A stretch of 64,000 bases of DNA from Malacoraja senta (lineage: Eukaryota): contig CM075992.1 in assembly GCA_038087875.1 (NCBI GenBank), positions 12,464,001 through 12,528,000 on the forward strand, given 5' to 3'. Positions 62,901 to 64,000 of the stretch are shown piece by piece. A model generated the notes under the pieces. It saw only the letters and a program-made list of their open reading frames with translations. It made no database searches and was not told the DNA's origin. How positions within the stretch are numbered: position 1 is the stretch's first letter; each line of letters starts with the position of its first letter. Position numbers and translations under genes: made by a program.

Positions 62901-64000
62901 GTTCTGAATGTCAGATGTACTGTATCCAGGGTAAGGGGGGAGTATGAGACCCAGGGCGGTTTACTGTTCTGGATGTCAGATGTATTGTATCCAGTGTAAG
63001 GGGGGAGTATGAGGCCCAGGGCAGTTTACTGTTCTGGATCTCAGATGTATTGTATCCAGGGTAAGGGGGGATTATGAGGGCCAGGGCAGTTTACTGTTCT
63101 GGATGTCAGATGTATTATATCCAGGGTAAGGGGGGAGTTTGAGGGCCAGGGCAGTTTACTGTTCTGGATGTCAGATGTATTGTATCCAGGGTAAGGGAGG
63201 AGTATGAGGGAGAATGGGGGCAGTTTACTTTTCTGGATGTAAGATGTATTGTATCCAGGGTAAGGGGGGAGTATGAGGCCCAGGGCAGTTTACTGTTCTG
63301 GATGTCAGATGTATTGTATCCAGGGTAAGGGGGGAGTATGTGGGCCAGGGCAGTTTACTGTTCTGGAAGATCAGACGTATTGTAACCAGGGTAAGGGGGG
63401 AGTATGAGGGCCAGGGCAGTTAACAGTTCTGGATGTCAGATGTATTGTATCCAGGGTAAGGGGGTAGTATGAGGGCCAGGGCAGTTTACTGTTCTGGATG
63501 TCAGATGTATTATATCCAGGGTAAGGGGGGGAGCATGAGGCCCAGGGCAGTTTACTGTTCTGGATGTCAGATGTATTGTATCCAGGGTAAGGAGGGAGTA
63601 TGAGGACCAGGGCAGTTTACTGTTCTGCATGTCAGATGTATTGTATCCAGGGTAAGGGGGAATTATGAGGGCCAGGGCAGTTTAATGTTCTGGATGTCAG
63701 ATGTATTGTATCCAGGGTAAGAGGGGAGTATGAGGGCTAGGGCAGTTTACTGTTCTGGATGTCAGATGTATTGTATCCAGGGTAACGGGGGAGTATGAGG
63801 CCCAGGGCAGTTTACTGTTCTGAATGTCAGATGTATTGTATCCAGGGTAACGGGGGAGTATGAGACCCAGGGCAGTTTATTGTTCTGCATGTCAGATGTA
63901 TTGTATCCAGTGTAAGTGGGGAGTATGAGGCCCAGGGCAGTTTACTGTTCTGGATGTCAGGTGTATTGTATCCAGTGTAAGGGGGGGTATGAGGGCCAAG

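Larger units (their letters stand above)
52994..64000. repeat. 65-bp satellite array (GAGGGCCAGGGCAGTTTACTGTTCTGGATGTCAGATGTATTGTATCCAGGGTAAGGGGGGAGTAT)n in segments 52994-54681, 58819-59315 and 59978-64000+
   Basis: Direct period of 65 (for example 61801 and 61866); occasional ~70-bp variant carrying GAGAATGA. Confidence 0.97.

Noticed and set aside
52994..64000. CRISPR array or coding repeat
   Set aside because: No unique spacers, eukaryotic context, 65-bp period not divisible by 3, and frequent stops.

Overview
Repeat-rich eukaryotic DNA in four contigs separated by three 200-N gaps (1704-1903, 23782-23981, 48455-48654). The repeats (HE1-like V-SINE, CR1, Rex1/Babar, L2, Penelope) suggest a cartilaginous fish, probably a skate or ray; this is an inference. 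Most ORFs in the track are noise. Reading splice sites by hand reveals a tandem array of 7-8 kb units. Each unit carries three GT-AG exons (148, 77 and 165 nt) encoding a uromodulin/GP2/OIT3-type D8C (D10C) domain, plus a Pro/Thr/Glu-rich stalk exon. Further stalk-only exons continue to about 47.1 kb. Every module starts and ends in intron phase 1, so the array could splice into one long mucin-like protein with several D8C domains. The domain has lost two whole disulfide pairs and gained a CxxxxC insert. No signal peptide, ZP, transmembrane or GPI exon was found. The right quarter holds a decayed Ty3/Gypsy element with its 5' LTR and more than 6 kb of a 65-bp satellite, interrupted by a near full-length L2 LINE and a truncated CR1.
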